A stretch of 64,000 nt of DNA, from IMG/VR virus record IMGVR_UViG_3300014911_000001, positions 96,001 to 160,000 of that record. The stretch is one strand, 5' to 3'. Positions within the stretch are counted from its first letter, which is position 1. Each line of letters opens with the position of its first letter. The notes under the pieces are model-generated. The model was not told where the DNA came from. It saw nothing but the letters and a program-made list of their open reading frames with translations, and did no database searches. The translations under genes were made by a program, and so were the position numbers. Of this stretch, positions 50,001-60,379 are shown in pieces. The DNA is from a virus.

Positions 50001-51084
50001 AACCCACTTTATTAATAGTGAAGAGGATATTATAGCCAACAATCTTGCCGCCAATGCAACTGATATGCATAATGCGGTGGCTTATTATTTCCCCCACGAT
50101 CCATTTATGTGGGCTCCGGGGATAGCAGTGCCGGGGCCTGATGAAAATAAATTTGATAACTTCTTTATGTATGTGTTGGATGATTCGATTCCTGATGATA
50201 TATTAACACCTGTTGAATTTTATGAGCCGAATTCCGATCCCAATGTATGGTTTGACTGGCGTCGCAGTTTGGCATTCAAGAAGCGTGTAAAGAAAAAAAT
50301 TCTGGAGCCAAAGGATCTATTAGAAGCATTCCAATTTTTGCCGGCTTACATGATGCAGCCGCTTAACAAACTTATGGAAGAGATTGCTAAGATGTATGCG
50401 GGTGAAGTCATTATTGTTGGTATGCCCACAATCGATCCGTGGGATATAGTTTACATGATGGATCTAACTAATGATATGGTTGGTTTACTAGAAGTAGAAG
50501 GGGTTACTGAGCATTTTAGTGTTGAGACTGGTTATGTTACCGTCATACATCCATCACTTTATACTACTATTGATATGCTTGATAAGTATAGGGCGAGTGT
50601 ATTGCATCGTGTGTTTCATACAGTTTATGCGTCGACATTAAAAGGTGCTATTTTAAAGGCGGTATTGACGGCTTTTGGATTAGCCATATTTGGACCATTC
50701 ATAGGTGCGGCGGCCGCCTTCATAGGTATATCAGCTGGTTGGTTGCTGATACCATTAATCATATATAAAGTAACCACAGGTGTTTATAAGACTTTGAAGG
50801 AACATACAAGTCTGATGGTATTTAATGCAGCTAGGGTTATGTTAAGGAATGCTTTATCATTTATACCTGTATGGTATAAGGGATTCCCATATGTGGCAGG
50901 GATACAGGGTTACAGAAGAGATACCATAGAGGTTATGATGTTGGATAAGTATCGTAATAATCCTGTGATACGGACGTTCATTGGCATAGATCCGTATCGG
51001 CTGTGGTATAATCAGGGGAAAATAGATAATTGGTATATATTTGGGACATTCTTTAAGTCTTTAATTGGATTTTATCCATTCTGA
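47071..51084 (+). CDS. Baseplate hub protein (gp27/late-control-D-like) with a C-terminal transmembrane hairpin
   Basis: ADVCRITVSN, LKPGMYLIVKLGY, FIGRITDV, AQGLG; GEVIIVG.P.IDPWD...VEGVTEHFSVETGYVT. Confidence 0.7.
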   Translation: MPEDRTNIISDPSSKPTGDGKTKDKGYGMLPLTANLFLDDMLQFTNEAFPLASAMSILSGDYHFIVRNWTTAYPDRYIPDRILNKRGSTPLFYYDSDIGINNKVIRALVNETRYQANMILNQLAAFTNMPEDLIESIKQQLKKFYGPEAANKFENEIKKHTYGKKLDLKEYRKFLEQFKELYLDDSRLQYLLDSSDKQTSKLLGGLDARLGLLSWLNVRNYARLYIKLLELKEILEQIGKGEGAVPPDADALNLIKAMIIAKYKVDNPKASEADISAKAAEIDAAFGDEAKLAQVLTKYGKELADIYSSYDKLSKFVDKLINVWTNDPFFSGLLSAYRAENRSITEILWLARDIAHVDAVFAAKNVEDAVNTYFQHSLMVGPKEFETQLDILYRILVTYPLEVAYKVNRIYPTFRIFLVHPGTGLIYSFRDFYSPKAVESIDIYRDKLGTADVCRITVSNRGGQFVTDLPAFLEPHDIIDAGGARTPLMLKPGMYLIVKLGYANLENDLRTRFIGRITDVQMQEGRIVVMAQGLGTQLLMVPGQDEDHKGEIKVKDGGILRLLGFGSIISSYGALIAHLLLQTRGLGDLGRRVSLFRRWELGYRGGIYKTHRGPIMFSLSNALNRLLHNTAHLLPFFAKKIVGVFKHSPLYHFLPAKTRENIDKMIDALPLLPTIMDAYRHYRDVTHNIGALMENIYIDAGVGGASTYTGAGKFAWDIWAQYLRSIFGGIGRGRSAKDIQSQQRPINSEVVPWGIEYYTRAKSLYDCLKEVAWFFPGYILYTPFYNEDFVYSARATIFIGQKTFYYRYRDDLYSRVEDGPVIKKALLEIIDDAIQNIGKLKKVDWVYRYGQLFYLFPDINSILGKYSSSRMRSLPTTQPGKLPGYLDLVSGGRAHAVPQTVTESKGDITGEEFRVQLQDLRTLIETEGESLHKTEKNIFHLKFLFRPENYSPDVYNYVLSMKPEVALHMVSARPLQKTHFINSEEDIIANNLAANATDMHNAVAYYFPHDPFMWAPGIAVPGPDENKFDNFFMYVLDDSIPDDILTPVEFYEPNSDPNVWFDWRRSLAFKKRVKKKILEPKDLLEAFQFLPAYMMQPLNKLMEEIAKMYAGEVIIVGMPTIDPWDIVYMMDLTNDMVGLLEVEGVTEHFSVETGYVTVIHPSLYTTIDMLDKYRASVLHRVFHTVYASTLKGAILKAVLTAFGLAIFGPFIGAAAAFIGISAGWLLIPLIIYKVTTGVYKTLKEHTSLMVFNAARVMLRNALSFIPVWYKGFPYVAGIQGYRRDTIEVMMLDKYRNNPVIRTFIGIDPYRLWYNQGKIDNWYIFGTFFKSLIGFYPF

Positions 51085-51674
51085 TGGTTGTCGATTATGT
51101 AAATAAGTTAGAGTTTTATGATGCTGATCGGATGCTCGGGCTCTTTAGGGTAAGGCAAGGGCTTTATGTTGGTTATGTGATCAATTTACGCCTTGGTCAA
51201 AAGTTTGATGATGCTGATTTATTTTTATGGTTTCATTCGGAGAATCCCAGTCCTTATGATGGTAATAAACCTGTTGATGAGACAGATCATTTAGATCCCC
51301 CTCATTACATAAGTTTACTTTTACCTGTTTTTACTCATGGTATAAAGGGGACGACTGTTTCACCATTAGAGGCATCGATTGTTAGTGCGCCTTCTGCATA
51401 TGGTTCAAAGGATAGTGCATCAGTAACGGATGGTGAGGGCCACGGCTTATTCGTAAGTAATAATACAGTAACAATCAATGCAGAAGATGCTGGCATTACA
51501 CTTGGGCGTGACGGTATTTATATAAAAGGTAGAGTATTGTTTGAGGAGCCATCCAATACTTATGGATGGTTCAGGAAAAACCCTATGGCAATAATACCTT
51601 CTACTGTTGTTACTCCGTTTCCTGATTTATCGATTGATGTTGAGATGTTAAGCAAGCTAATACCGGGCTTATAA
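51084..51674 (+). CDS. Putative short baseplate spike (gp5/gpV-like)
   Basis: Between hub and wedge genes; beta-strand repeats VTINAEDAGITLGRDGIYIKG. Confidence 0.45.
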   Translation: MVVDYVNKLEFYDADRMLGLFRVRQGLYVGYVINLRLGQKFDDADLFLWFHSENPSPYDGNKPVDETDHLDPPHYISLLLPVFTHGIKGTTVSPLEASIVSAPSAYGSKDSASVTDGEGHGLFVSNNTVTINAEDAGITLGRDGIYIKGRVLFEEPSNTYGWFRKNPMAIIPSTVVTPFPDLSIDVEMLSKLIPGL

Positions 51675-52153
51675 TGGTGGATTTGCACATAAATCATTTA
51701 GGATTGCTCGGTGATGATGTTTTTATCGATACTGATAAGAACGAGTATCTTGCTGATTTTATCGCATTTTTGTTGCGCACTACTCCCGGAAGTATTGATA
51801 TTTATCCAGAGCTGGGTGTAGGTGTTTATGATATGATCGGTGAATTCTGGTCCAAGGAGAAGAAAAAGCACATTACATTGGCTATAAAAAGGAAGCTTAA
51901 TGATCTGCCTCAGATAGGAAACAGAGTCGCTCGTATTACTGTGTCAAGGGTTGTGGAAAAGGGTGATACCTATTTATTCATTGGTATAACGCTTATTACT
52001 GGCGAACGATATTTTTACACATTAGTTATGAATGAACATGGATTAAGGTTATCGAAAGGGGGTAGGGATGAGGTGTATGATGAATATGTAGAAATGTTGG
52101 CAAAGGTAGAGTTTAAGGATGAAGATTTCAATAGCATTATGGAGCTATTATGA
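51674..52153 (+). CDS. gp25-like baseplate wedge/sheath initiator
   Basis: LRTTPGS...YPELGVG..DMIGE motif; precedes baseplate J. Confidence 0.75.
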   Translation: MVDLHINHLGLLGDDVFIDTDKNEYLADFIAFLLRTTPGSIDIYPELGVGVYDMIGEFWSKEKKKHITLAIKRKLNDLPQIGNRVARITVSRVVEKGDTYLFIGITLITGERYFYTLVMNEHGLRLSKGGRDEVYDEYVEMLAKVEFKDEDFNSIMELL

Positions 52154-53244
52154 TTACCAAAACGGCAATCAAAAATATATTAGCTGATGCTGGCTTTGAC
52201 ACAACAGATGGTTCACATCTGGATAGGCTGGTTGATGCTATGTATGATGTTACGCAGCAGCTGTTTTCTTCATGGGATATAAATCTTGATGCTTTTAATG
52301 TTGATGCTCTTTCTGGTGGTGATCTTGATCGAGTTGGTGATTTCTTTGGTATAACACGGTTACCTGCATTGAGAGCAAGTGATCCATTGGGTGTGATTTT
52401 AAAGGTAACCAATGAAACTGATGATCCTATTACATTGCCAACGGGGGTATTAGTTAGGTCAGCTGATTGTAATTATGTTTTAACAAATGAAGCCGCCATT
52501 ACCATCGAACCACATGATTCAGTATTTGTTCCATTTGAGGCATTAATTGAGGGGACAGTAGGTAATGCTGCTGTTGGTGAGGTTAACAGCATTGATTATG
52601 TAGGTTTATCCGTAACTAATGTATTACCTATTTTGACTGGTCGTGATGAAGAACCTGATGATTCATACCGTTATCGTCTATCGTTAGTGCGTCATATGCG
52701 CATGGGTGTTACTGCTACGGCATTAGAGGCGCTTGCATATACATTTCCATATGTAGCTAATGCTAGTGTTGATACAGTAGGCGCGGGCTTAATAACCGTT
52801 TTTGTTGAACCAGTTATAGGTTATTATGACCCAGCATTGTCCTATTATGTTAAACTATATTTGCAGCGTTTTACGGCAGCTGGCGATTTATTAACGGTTC
52901 TTATGCCATCTGTAAAGGTTGTTGAATTAGATATAGCATACAAATCACGGACTGATTATACTGCAGAAATCTATAACATTGTTGTTGATTATTTATTGAA
53001 TCAAACATGGTCATTTTCAATTACTGAGATAATAGAAAGAATTTATGATTCCGTCGGGCCTATTGATCTATATATAAGGTCTTGTTATGTTGGTGATTTG
53101 GATCTTAAGACAATGACTGTTTACAACAGGATACCTATTATTGATGAGTATTTACCTGAACGACGGGAGGAACCTGAGGTGCCTGTTTTCTCATCTGTGC
53201 GGTTTTATACCAATTCAGATTTTATTAAGATAACTAGATTATGA
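52150..53244 (+). CDS. Baseplate J-like protein
   Basis: SGGDLDRVGDFFGITRLPA, GTVGN...GEVN, GRDEEPDDSYRYR. Confidence 0.9.
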   Translation: MITKTAIKNILADAGFDTTDGSHLDRLVDAMYDVTQQLFSSWDINLDAFNVDALSGGDLDRVGDFFGITRLPALRASDPLGVILKVTNETDDPITLPTGVLVRSADCNYVLTNEAAITIEPHDSVFVPFEALIEGTVGNAAVGEVNSIDYVGLSVTNVLPILTGRDEEPDDSYRYRLSLVRHMRMGVTATALEALAYTFPYVANASVDTVGAGLITVFVEPVIGYYDPALSYYVKLYLQRFTAAGDLLTVLMPSVKVVELDIAYKSRTDYTAEIYNIVVDYLLNQTWSFSITEIIERIYDSVGPIDLYIRSCYVGDLDLKTMTVYNRIPIIDEYLPERREEPEVPVFSSVRFYTNSDFIKITRL

Positions 53245-55601
53245 GAGCTGTAATTTCTAAGTATAGAGGTTTAGTATCTGATAGCGTAATGCGCAGAGCA
53301 TTTCCGCCGTGGGTATATGTCGAACCTGGCGGGCCTCTCTACACGCTTATTGGTACACTATTATCCCTTGCTGAGTCATATGCAAGATATGCTCGCTATT
53401 TACGTCGTAATGATCCATTAAAATCATCATTGCAAGATTTAGTTAATTTGTATTATAAAGCAGTACCTGAAAAGCCTGAATTCTGTAATGTTCGTGTTGG
53501 TGACAATGTATTTAAGATAGCTGTTACGGATGACCACATAGAATTTCTGGGAGCTGATGTAGGATATATTGCACCTGTGGGTGTAATAAGGGTACCGGAA
53601 GGGGTACAAGATTTTATTATTTACAGAAAGGATATGGAGCTTTACCTTGATGTTGTGACATCAAGTGAGCATTATTCGACTAAGTATCCCTTTGAGGTAT
53701 TTAAGAAAATGTCTCCGTTTATAGCGGGGACTGTGGTGAAGCGCGGGCTTATCATCACTCCTAAATACACAACCTATACCAAACTTGATACCTTTGAGGA
53801 ATCAAAGTCCGATCCTTATTTTACTATCACAAAGAAGATTAAAGTTATTGACCCGTTTCATAAAAGAGATGGAATTTCATTATCATGGGTTCTTAATGAT
53901 GGTGAGGTTATAGAGCATAATTTAGTTGACCCAGCAACATATGAAGCCGCGCCGCTTACTGTTTCTAACTTTATGTTTCCTTATACAGATGACATTACTC
54001 CTTACAAGTTCCGCATTGAATTTGATAATGGTATAGTCCAGTTGTATAATCCTGTTTCACCGTTTTATATAATTTATGAATATGGATCACCAACACCATA
54101 TATATCGTTTAATCAGTCATATGATTACATCCAAGAGGAAATGGTAACAGATTATCCTGATGAGGTTATTTCTGATGGTACTACGGGGGATATGCATCTT
54201 GAGGGAAATCATATGGTTGTTGATGTTACATTGAATAATATGGTATCGAGTTGTGATCTCTTAGTAGCGCGGCTTATTTCCCATGCTTATCTGGGTGACC
54301 CCGATGGAATAGAACCAAATGAATCTGATGATGAAGGTCACTATTATAAATTTACTTTCAATCCAGAGCCTTCCGATCCTTATGAATATGGTAATGGGGA
54401 AAACGATAGAGGCCTATTATTTGAGGTTATTTTACAGCGTGCAGAAGCAAGAGTTGATCTGCATGATGCATCGATGACTGATGTAGTTACGTTTCCTGCT
54501 GGTACTGATTTAAAGGATTATTTTACGGTCTCACATGAAGGGTTAGCTATATCCATAAAGCCTAACGGGGCACTACTTGAGACAGCTGAGTATGGAACCA
54601 GCGACTTTAAGTTTGCATTTACATTTAAGTATGTATTAATATATACAGTAGAAGGTAGTGTGCCGACTGTGGGGCGCTTGCAGTACCTTGATGAGGTTAT
54701 AAATTGGGAGGATCCTAATGCATGGGTGATTGGTCCTATGACAGCATATATTGATCATGTTCCTGAGGGTTATGGCGAGCGCTTCATTTTCACTGGTGGG
54801 TTAACGGACTATAAGGTTGTATTGCAAGCGGATGTGCATGAGTATGATCCATCGCATCCCGATATACCTGGACCTGTATTATATGCGAGTGGTACTGATA
54901 TAACAGACCTTGTTGAACTGGAGGTATGCGAGGATTATATGCGGTTTGTGCCCAAGATAGAGTTATCATTTAATGGTTTTGAATTCCGAAACTTAAGTGC
55001 AACAGTACCACCTATAAGGGTGCAGGGTACATTGCGTATTGAAACTTTGAACTTTTATACACTTACACCAACTCCAGAGAACACAGTATACATGTCATTA
55101 TCATTATATCCATTTGCAGACAGGACAAAGAATGCGATTTTAAGTAAATATAGTAGATTTACATCGAATGTAAAGATTACGAGTGTAAGGGTTTATAACT
55201 TTCTTGAATATATTGATAATGTTCTTATTGAGGACGATATTACAGTTCAGGCATTGGGGCCGGTGCGGGCTTATGTGTTAAAGGCATATCCGACGCGCCT
55301 GTTTTTATATTACATGGGGACCAATGATGTAGAATATAGAGATTTTGATAGTAGCATTCGTAGTATTACCCACTTTGATGGATATATTTTTATTGCACTT
55401 GATGATGGTATTTATGCATATGATTTATATGCTGCTGAGGTAACAAAACTGAGTGATGTTGTGGCTGATAGGATACGTATCGGTCCTGATAACAAGTTAT
55501 ATATTCTTAAGGGTTCAAGAATCACAGTATGTGAGTTAGTAAGAAATAGAGCTTTTTATAATGGTGCAGAGATAGTATCATTTTATTCTATTGTAGAATA
55601 A
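53241..55601 (+). CDS. Putative baseplate wedge/structural protein (possible beta-propeller C-terminus)
   Basis: Follows baseplate J; acidic, beta-rich 786 aa. Confidence 0.55.
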   Translation: MRAVISKYRGLVSDSVMRRAFPPWVYVEPGGPLYTLIGTLLSLAESYARYARYLRRNDPLKSSLQDLVNLYYKAVPEKPEFCNVRVGDNVFKIAVTDDHIEFLGADVGYIAPVGVIRVPEGVQDFIIYRKDMELYLDVVTSSEHYSTKYPFEVFKKMSPFIAGTVVKRGLIITPKYTTYTKLDTFEESKSDPYFTITKKIKVIDPFHKRDGISLSWVLNDGEVIEHNLVDPATYEAAPLTVSNFMFPYTDDITPYKFRIEFDNGIVQLYNPVSPFYIIYEYGSPTPYISFNQSYDYIQEEMVTDYPDEVISDGTTGDMHLEGNHMVVDVTLNNMVSSCDLLVARLISHAYLGDPDGIEPNESDDEGHYYKFTFNPEPSDPYEYGNGENDRGLLFEVILQRAEARVDLHDASMTDVVTFPAGTDLKDYFTVSHEGLAISIKPNGALLETAEYGTSDFKFAFTFKYVLIYTVEGSVPTVGRLQYLDEVINWEDPNAWVIGPMTAYIDHVPEGYGERFIFTGGLTDYKVVLQADVHEYDPSHPDIPGPVLYASGTDITDLVELEVCEDYMRFVPKIELSFNGFEFRNLSATVPPIRVQGTLRIETLNFYTLTPTPENTVYMSLSLYPFADRTKNAILSKYSRFTSNVKITSVRVYNFLEYIDNVLIEDDITVQALGPVRAYVLKAYPTRLFLYYMGTNDVEYRDFDSSIRSITHFDGYIFIALDDGIYAYDLYAAEVTKLSDVVADRIRIGPDNKLYILKGSRITVCELVRNRAFYNGAEIVSFYSIVE

Positions 55602-55602
55602 T

Positions 55603-57228
55603 ATGAGAAGTGCTGGTTATTTAAATATAGCGGCTTATTTTGATGCGGTACCAAATAGGGAGCTACAACAAGCAGAGATATCATACTTGTGGAGGCGTAT
55701 TGGTGGTGCGCCTCTGACGCTTCATTATATGTCGCTGAATCGCATATTGATGGCGTTCTTGATGAAGGATTTTGATGTTATTAATTACCGTTTTCCATTT
55801 AGAGTTGATAGATTATCATTATTTGCTTATAGGAAAAGGGGTAAAGATTGGAAATATAAAGTATATGAGGATATTGAAGCCGCCGCCTCCCTTATAGATA
55901 AATATGAAGAGGGCGATGACTATCCATTCTTTCCCGTAAGGACCGAAAATTCATACATGATTGTACCTTATCCGGGGTATGAGATCCTTTATATTGGTGA
56001 TAATGGTCAAGAACTTTTTGAAGCGCCAGCTCCATCGACAGATAGATTGGTTTATTCAGCATTGTATTGGGCCTTGTTATATGCTGATGATTATGGGTAT
56101 TTACCTAAATCAATTGAGGAGCATATTATTAATTGTTTGTTAAAGAGACCAACGACGATGGCGGGCTTCGAACCTTATGCTTATGACGTGGCTGAATATG
56201 ATGTTAATATGGGTTCCTATCCTCTTATGACTGGAGCCCGTGTTGCGTATCCTGATAAGGATTTTAATATTGATACATCTAAGCCGGCGCCCGGCTTATG
56301 CTTCGGTCTGGAGGTGGATGACATAGAGGTTGATGCTGAGGATTATCGTTTTGTTATGACTGACGGCGGCTTCATCATAGGCGGCCGCTTCCTACACACA
56401 GGATTATATGATGTTTATGTTTATGATATTTCTAAATATGAATGGGACGACGGAGAAGGTACATGGATACCAGTCGGGCCATATGAAGAGCCGATAGATC
56501 TGAAATTATCAGTCCCTCTTTCATTTCCTCACCTTATTTTTGCTTTTGAGAAACCATATATGTTTTCTCACCACTATGTTCGTATTGATCCGGCGCCCGG
56601 TGATAGCTTTGAAGTGCCATTTATGGATCCTCCGTTGCCTTATTCGTTGGAGGGGGCTTATACGCCTTATTCCGGATCATATCACGATGCCATGTACGGT
56701 AATCCAACCGTTTTAGATGAGCATCTTTTGAAGTGTGTCGATCCGGATCATCCTGAGCGTTACAGTTATTCGATCCTTGATGTAGATCTTATTAGGATTC
56801 ATCATTGTGGATACAGGACATACATTTATATATTTATTCTGCGGCATGATGAGCTACAAAAGTTAAATAAAAGCGTTGATAGTGTTAAATATGATGTTTT
56901 GGATGGATTAACATTAGGGGTTGTTGGTATTGATGATGACTTTTCAGATACTACCATAGAGATTAAAGGTAATCCTGATCCGTTATATTTATCGTCTAGT
57001 TATGAGTGGTTGACATTAAAGGTAAAGAAGGATGGTGTGTTTTTAGATGCTGTTGTTGTTAAAGCATATGATGATTCAGATAGCCGTATTGTAATGCATC
57101 ATGCCAATCTTGCTCCTGATTACGGTGCATCTGATGTCTATCCTATTATGACAACATGGTTTGGGTATGCTTTAGTAGGTGTTGAGGATAGTTCACGTAT
57201 TGATCATTTTGTGGTTGAAAAGATTTAA
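55603..57228 (+). CDS. Putative baseplate/tail structural protein
   Basis: 541-aa acidic, Tyr-rich ORF in the baseplate cluster. Confidence 0.55.
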   Translation: MRSAGYLNIAAYFDAVPNRELQQAEISYLWRRIGGAPLTLHYMSLNRILMAFLMKDFDVINYRFPFRVDRLSLFAYRKRGKDWKYKVYEDIEAAASLIDKYEEGDDYPFFPVRTENSYMIVPYPGYEILYIGDNGQELFEAPAPSTDRLVYSALYWALLYADDYGYLPKSIEEHIINCLLKRPTTMAGFEPYAYDVAEYDVNMGSYPLMTGARVAYPDKDFNIDTSKPAPGLCFGLEVDDIEVDAEDYRFVMTDGGFIIGGRFLHTGLYDVYVYDISKYEWDDGEGTWIPVGPYEEPIDLKLSVPLSFPHLIFAFEKPYMFSHHYVRIDPAPGDSFEVPFMDPPLPYSLEGAYTPYSGSYHDAMYGNPTVLDEHLLKCVDPDHPERYSYSILDVDLIRIHHCGYRTYIYIFILRHDELQKLNKSVDSVKYDVLDGLTLGVVGIDDDFSDTTIEIKGNPDPLYLSSSYEWLTLKVKKDGVFLDAVVVKAYDDSDSRIVMHHANLAPDYGASDVYPIMTTWFGYALVGVEDSSRIDHFVVEKI

Positions 57229-57242
57229 ATTTTATGTATAAT
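57215..57242 (+). promoter_or_regulatory. Possible sigma70-type promoter for the fibre operon
   Basis: TTGAAA (57215-57220), 16-nt spacer, TATAAT (57237-57242), followed by a GGAGG RBS. Confidence 0.5.
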
Positions 57243-57259
57243 AATATTGGAGGGTTAAC

Positions 57260-60200
57260 ATGGGTTTCTCAATAATACCATCGGATCATTATATAAAGCC
57301 CGGTCGGATAACAGCGGCAGATATTAACCGGGCGTTTGATGATATAAATAATAGGCTTGGTGGCTCAAATTATGTTTTGCCGCTCCTTGTTGCAGATACC
57401 AATATTATTTATCTTTCGCGTATTAGTGAATGGGGTCCTGATGATGTTGAGGTGCATGTAAGGGATGTCACACCTTATTCTGTTGATCCAGCAACAAGAA
57501 CAGGTACACTTAAGATATTACCAAGCATCCCTACCGGTAGTTGTGTAAAGGATACCTCCACATGGGAGGTTACTATTGAAGGTACAACGATCGGATCCGG
57601 GACATTCGATGGAGCAACACATGAGTTTAGTGGTATAGCTTTATATGGTAAGACAATAACAGTACATTTTCATTTTGATTTTGATGATACAGTTGGATTT
57701 TTAGACGTAAGGGAGAAGGTTTTATTTAATTTCCAGCTTGCTGTAGAAGCGTTGACTGATGCTACTGATAAGCCTTGGAGTTATTATACAATTGTTGGAC
57801 GTGCCGAACCGCTGCCTTCATTTGCGTCTTCATATCCCCATGTGCTTGTCAGATTTGATTCGAGGGTTGTTGAGACAGATGCTACAGGAACGGCTATGGT
57901 TACCGGTACTGTATATTTTTCATGGGGTAGTGATACGACAGGTACACATTGGGAAATTTATAAGGTTATTGATGGCGCAGAGACACTAATATCATCGGGA
58001 ACTGATGCCATATCAGAAAAAGATTTTAGTTTTAATGTTACTCTTACGGATGAGCGGGAGAAGGAGGTTATTTTAAAGGTTATTCTTGGTAATAGTACAT
58101 TCCCTAATGTGACCTTTACTGATAAGTGTTGGGTGATAACTGATGTATCTGATGCCTTACCTTTAATTGAACAGATACCTTCATGTGTTGTTATGCCTCC
58201 ATTGTGGGAATCATTCTATACTGTCGGTTCAAATACTTATGTCTATACATTCTATCTAACTACATCAGCTACCCATTGGGTTGGTATCGATGATGATAAG
58301 CGCGCGCTTAAATTAAATATAGAAAACGACGATTACGAAATCAAGAAGACTGATGGTACATGGGCAACAATTGCTGATGCCGTTGAGAAGGTAATAGCTA
58401 TTGCACATACGCGTAATACAAGTGGTGGCGAGAGTGTTTATGTATATGATCCTTATACATTAGATAGCTATATTTATGCGGGTGATGGTACCATACCTTC
58501 TGGGGAAACTCTACTATATGTTGATTTCCTTGTAATGTTATCGAAGCAATATGATTACAGTTATATCAAATCACCCGGTGGTACTTATACTTATAACGAT
58601 AGCCCTATAGAATTTTTATATACAATCGCTGAGCATGATACCAGCTTCATGGTTATTGGTAGTAGATCGCATACAACACATGTTCATTATTATCCCATTT
58701 TATCATCTTGTATTGCATTTTTCGATCCTACTAATGTGAGTATGGAAAGTGGTAGTGCCGCCAGTACCCTTAGGGCTATTATTCTAAATGCTCCACTACA
58801 AGAAGCTGATCTTGTGCGATATGGGTTTATTAGTGGATCTGCATCACCAACATCGAAAATTGAGTATCAATATGTTATATCATGTTTGGAGGCTCCTGCA
58901 GGGGTTACTGTTGAAATATATGATGATAGTGATGATAATTGGCACCCTATTACATCAAGTAGTTATACTATTAGTATAGGCGAACTTGATGCCGTGCCGG
59001 CTTATTATAGTTTTCCTGTACGAGTTATTGGTAGTGCTACGGCTAATATTCTGTTCAATGTTGAATTAGTTGCAAAGTATCATGATGCATCAGGTACCGA
59101 ATCGACTGTGCTAATAGAGCGCAGGCATATTGCATTGGCTACATTTTTGTCTGGAGGCGCGGCGGCTTATGCAACCTCCCTTTCGTTACCCCGTACCAAT
59201 TTTATGGTCTATGTTGGTGGGTATGGTATGGGCATACCAACAATTTCGAAACCAGATATTAGTGATGTCTATTTAGATAGTAGTACTCATTTATATTATC
59301 TTGGGTTAATTGCGCGGGAACCATTGAAGATCATTTATGGAGATACCACAGGAGATATTGTAGGAGGCGAATCGAGGCTTGGTGGCGTAACACTGGAGGA
59401 CATGTCGGCATCTATGCTTGGGTATCGTCTTGATACAGATATCCTGTTACCAGCAGGGGTATTAAAGAGTGAGATCTATGTTGCTTATGACCCATCATCA
59501 AAGCATATAATAATAAGTAGTGAGTTTACAGGTGGTTGCATTCCAATAGGTGTACTAATAATCGAGCGTTATGCTGAAAATCTGTATCCATCATTGAAAT
59601 TCATTCCCTATGTACATACATATGTATATGAGGCAACACGTGGTTTAGAGGTCGGCCGCTTCGGTTTAGTAGATAAGGTTGGAGTAGATAGTCCTGTTAT
59701 TGTTGCGACGACGCATTTTGAGAATGCTGATGATTTGACAAACTTGCTTGCGCTTATGAATACTGGTGACAGTTGTTTGCTTATTGGTGAGAATTATGCG
59801 AGTAGCGATTCCTTAAGATTCCCTTATGTAATGGGTGTAAGGAAACTTGCTGAAGATAAGGTGAAGCTTACGATGCTTACTGATGTGGGTATGGCAACTG
59901 TTTTAATGGAGAGTGCAAGCAGATATGTCTATCCAGTTCTTGATGTCTTTAGAATTTATTATGTAGATGCTAGCGGTAATTTTAGTGCCACGCCGCCACC
60001 TCCGACAGCGGTCTATCATGCTGTAGGCCCTCCAGGGAGTATAATTAGTACCAGTGTGCTGGGAGATGATGCAAAGATTTTTGAGAATATTGGCAATCAA
60101 CTTATTATTCTAGTAGAGCCATACATTTATGTTGATAAAACATTACTTCCTGATCCCAGTGTTAATATAGTAGGCATGCAAGTTGTTGGTGGTGGTCAAT

Positions 60201-60379
60201 ATATGGGAGGATTCTTAATGCTTTCCCATTATATATTATTGACGGATGATCATGGGAGTGGTTATTTCCTGTCAGTACCAGCGAGGATAATAGTATTTGG
60301 CTCTATGTATCATGCCCTTGGTGGTTGGGGTGCACCGAGTACACCTGGTAGTCCATTTACACCGACAGCACATGATTAA
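57260..60379 (+). CDS. Putative tail fibre/receptor-binding protein with Ig-like modules
   Basis: Fibre-like N-terminus ITAADINRAFDDI; Ser/Thr/Tyr-rich beta composition; downstream of the baseplate genes. Confidence 0.5.
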   Translation: MGFSIIPSDHYIKPGRITAADINRAFDDINNRLGGSNYVLPLLVADTNIIYLSRISEWGPDDVEVHVRDVTPYSVDPATRTGTLKILPSIPTGSCVKDTSTWEVTIEGTTIGSGTFDGATHEFSGIALYGKTITVHFHFDFDDTVGFLDVREKVLFNFQLAVEALTDATDKPWSYYTIVGRAEPLPSFASSYPHVLVRFDSRVVETDATGTAMVTGTVYFSWGSDTTGTHWEIYKVIDGAETLISSGTDAISEKDFSFNVTLTDEREKEVILKVILGNSTFPNVTFTDKCWVITDVSDALPLIEQIPSCVVMPPLWESFYTVGSNTYVYTFYLTTSATHWVGIDDDKRALKLNIENDDYEIKKTDGTWATIADAVEKVIAIAHTRNTSGGESVYVYDPYTLDSYIYAGDGTIPSGETLLYVDFLVMLSKQYDYSYIKSPGGTYTYNDSPIEFLYTIAEHDTSFMVIGSRSHTTHVHYYPILSSCIAFFDPTNVSMESGSAASTLRAIILNAPLQEADLVRYGFISGSASPTSKIEYQYVISCLEAPAGVTVEIYDDSDDNWHPITSSSYTISIGELDAVPAYYSFPVRVIGSATANILFNVELVAKYHDASGTESTVLIERRHIALATFLSGGAAAYATSLSLPRTNFMVYVGGYGMGIPTISKPDISDVYLDSSTHLYYLGLIAREPLKIIYGDTTGDIVGGESRLGGVTLEDMSASMLGYRLDTDILLPAGVLKSEIYVAYDPSSKHIIISSEFTGGCIPIGVLIIERYAENLYPSLKFIPYVHTYVYEATRGLEVGRFGLVDKVGVDSPVIVATTHFENADDLTNLLALMNTGDSCLLIGENYASSDSLRFPYVMGVRKLAEDKVKLTMLTDVGMATVLMESASRYVYPVLDVFRIYYVDASGNFSATPPPPTAVYHAVGPPGSIISTSVLGDDAKIFENIGNQLIILVEPYIYVDKTLLPDPSVNIVGMQVVGGGQYMGGFLMLSHYILLTDDHGSGYFLSVPARIIVFGSMYHALGGWGAPSTPGSPFTPTAHD

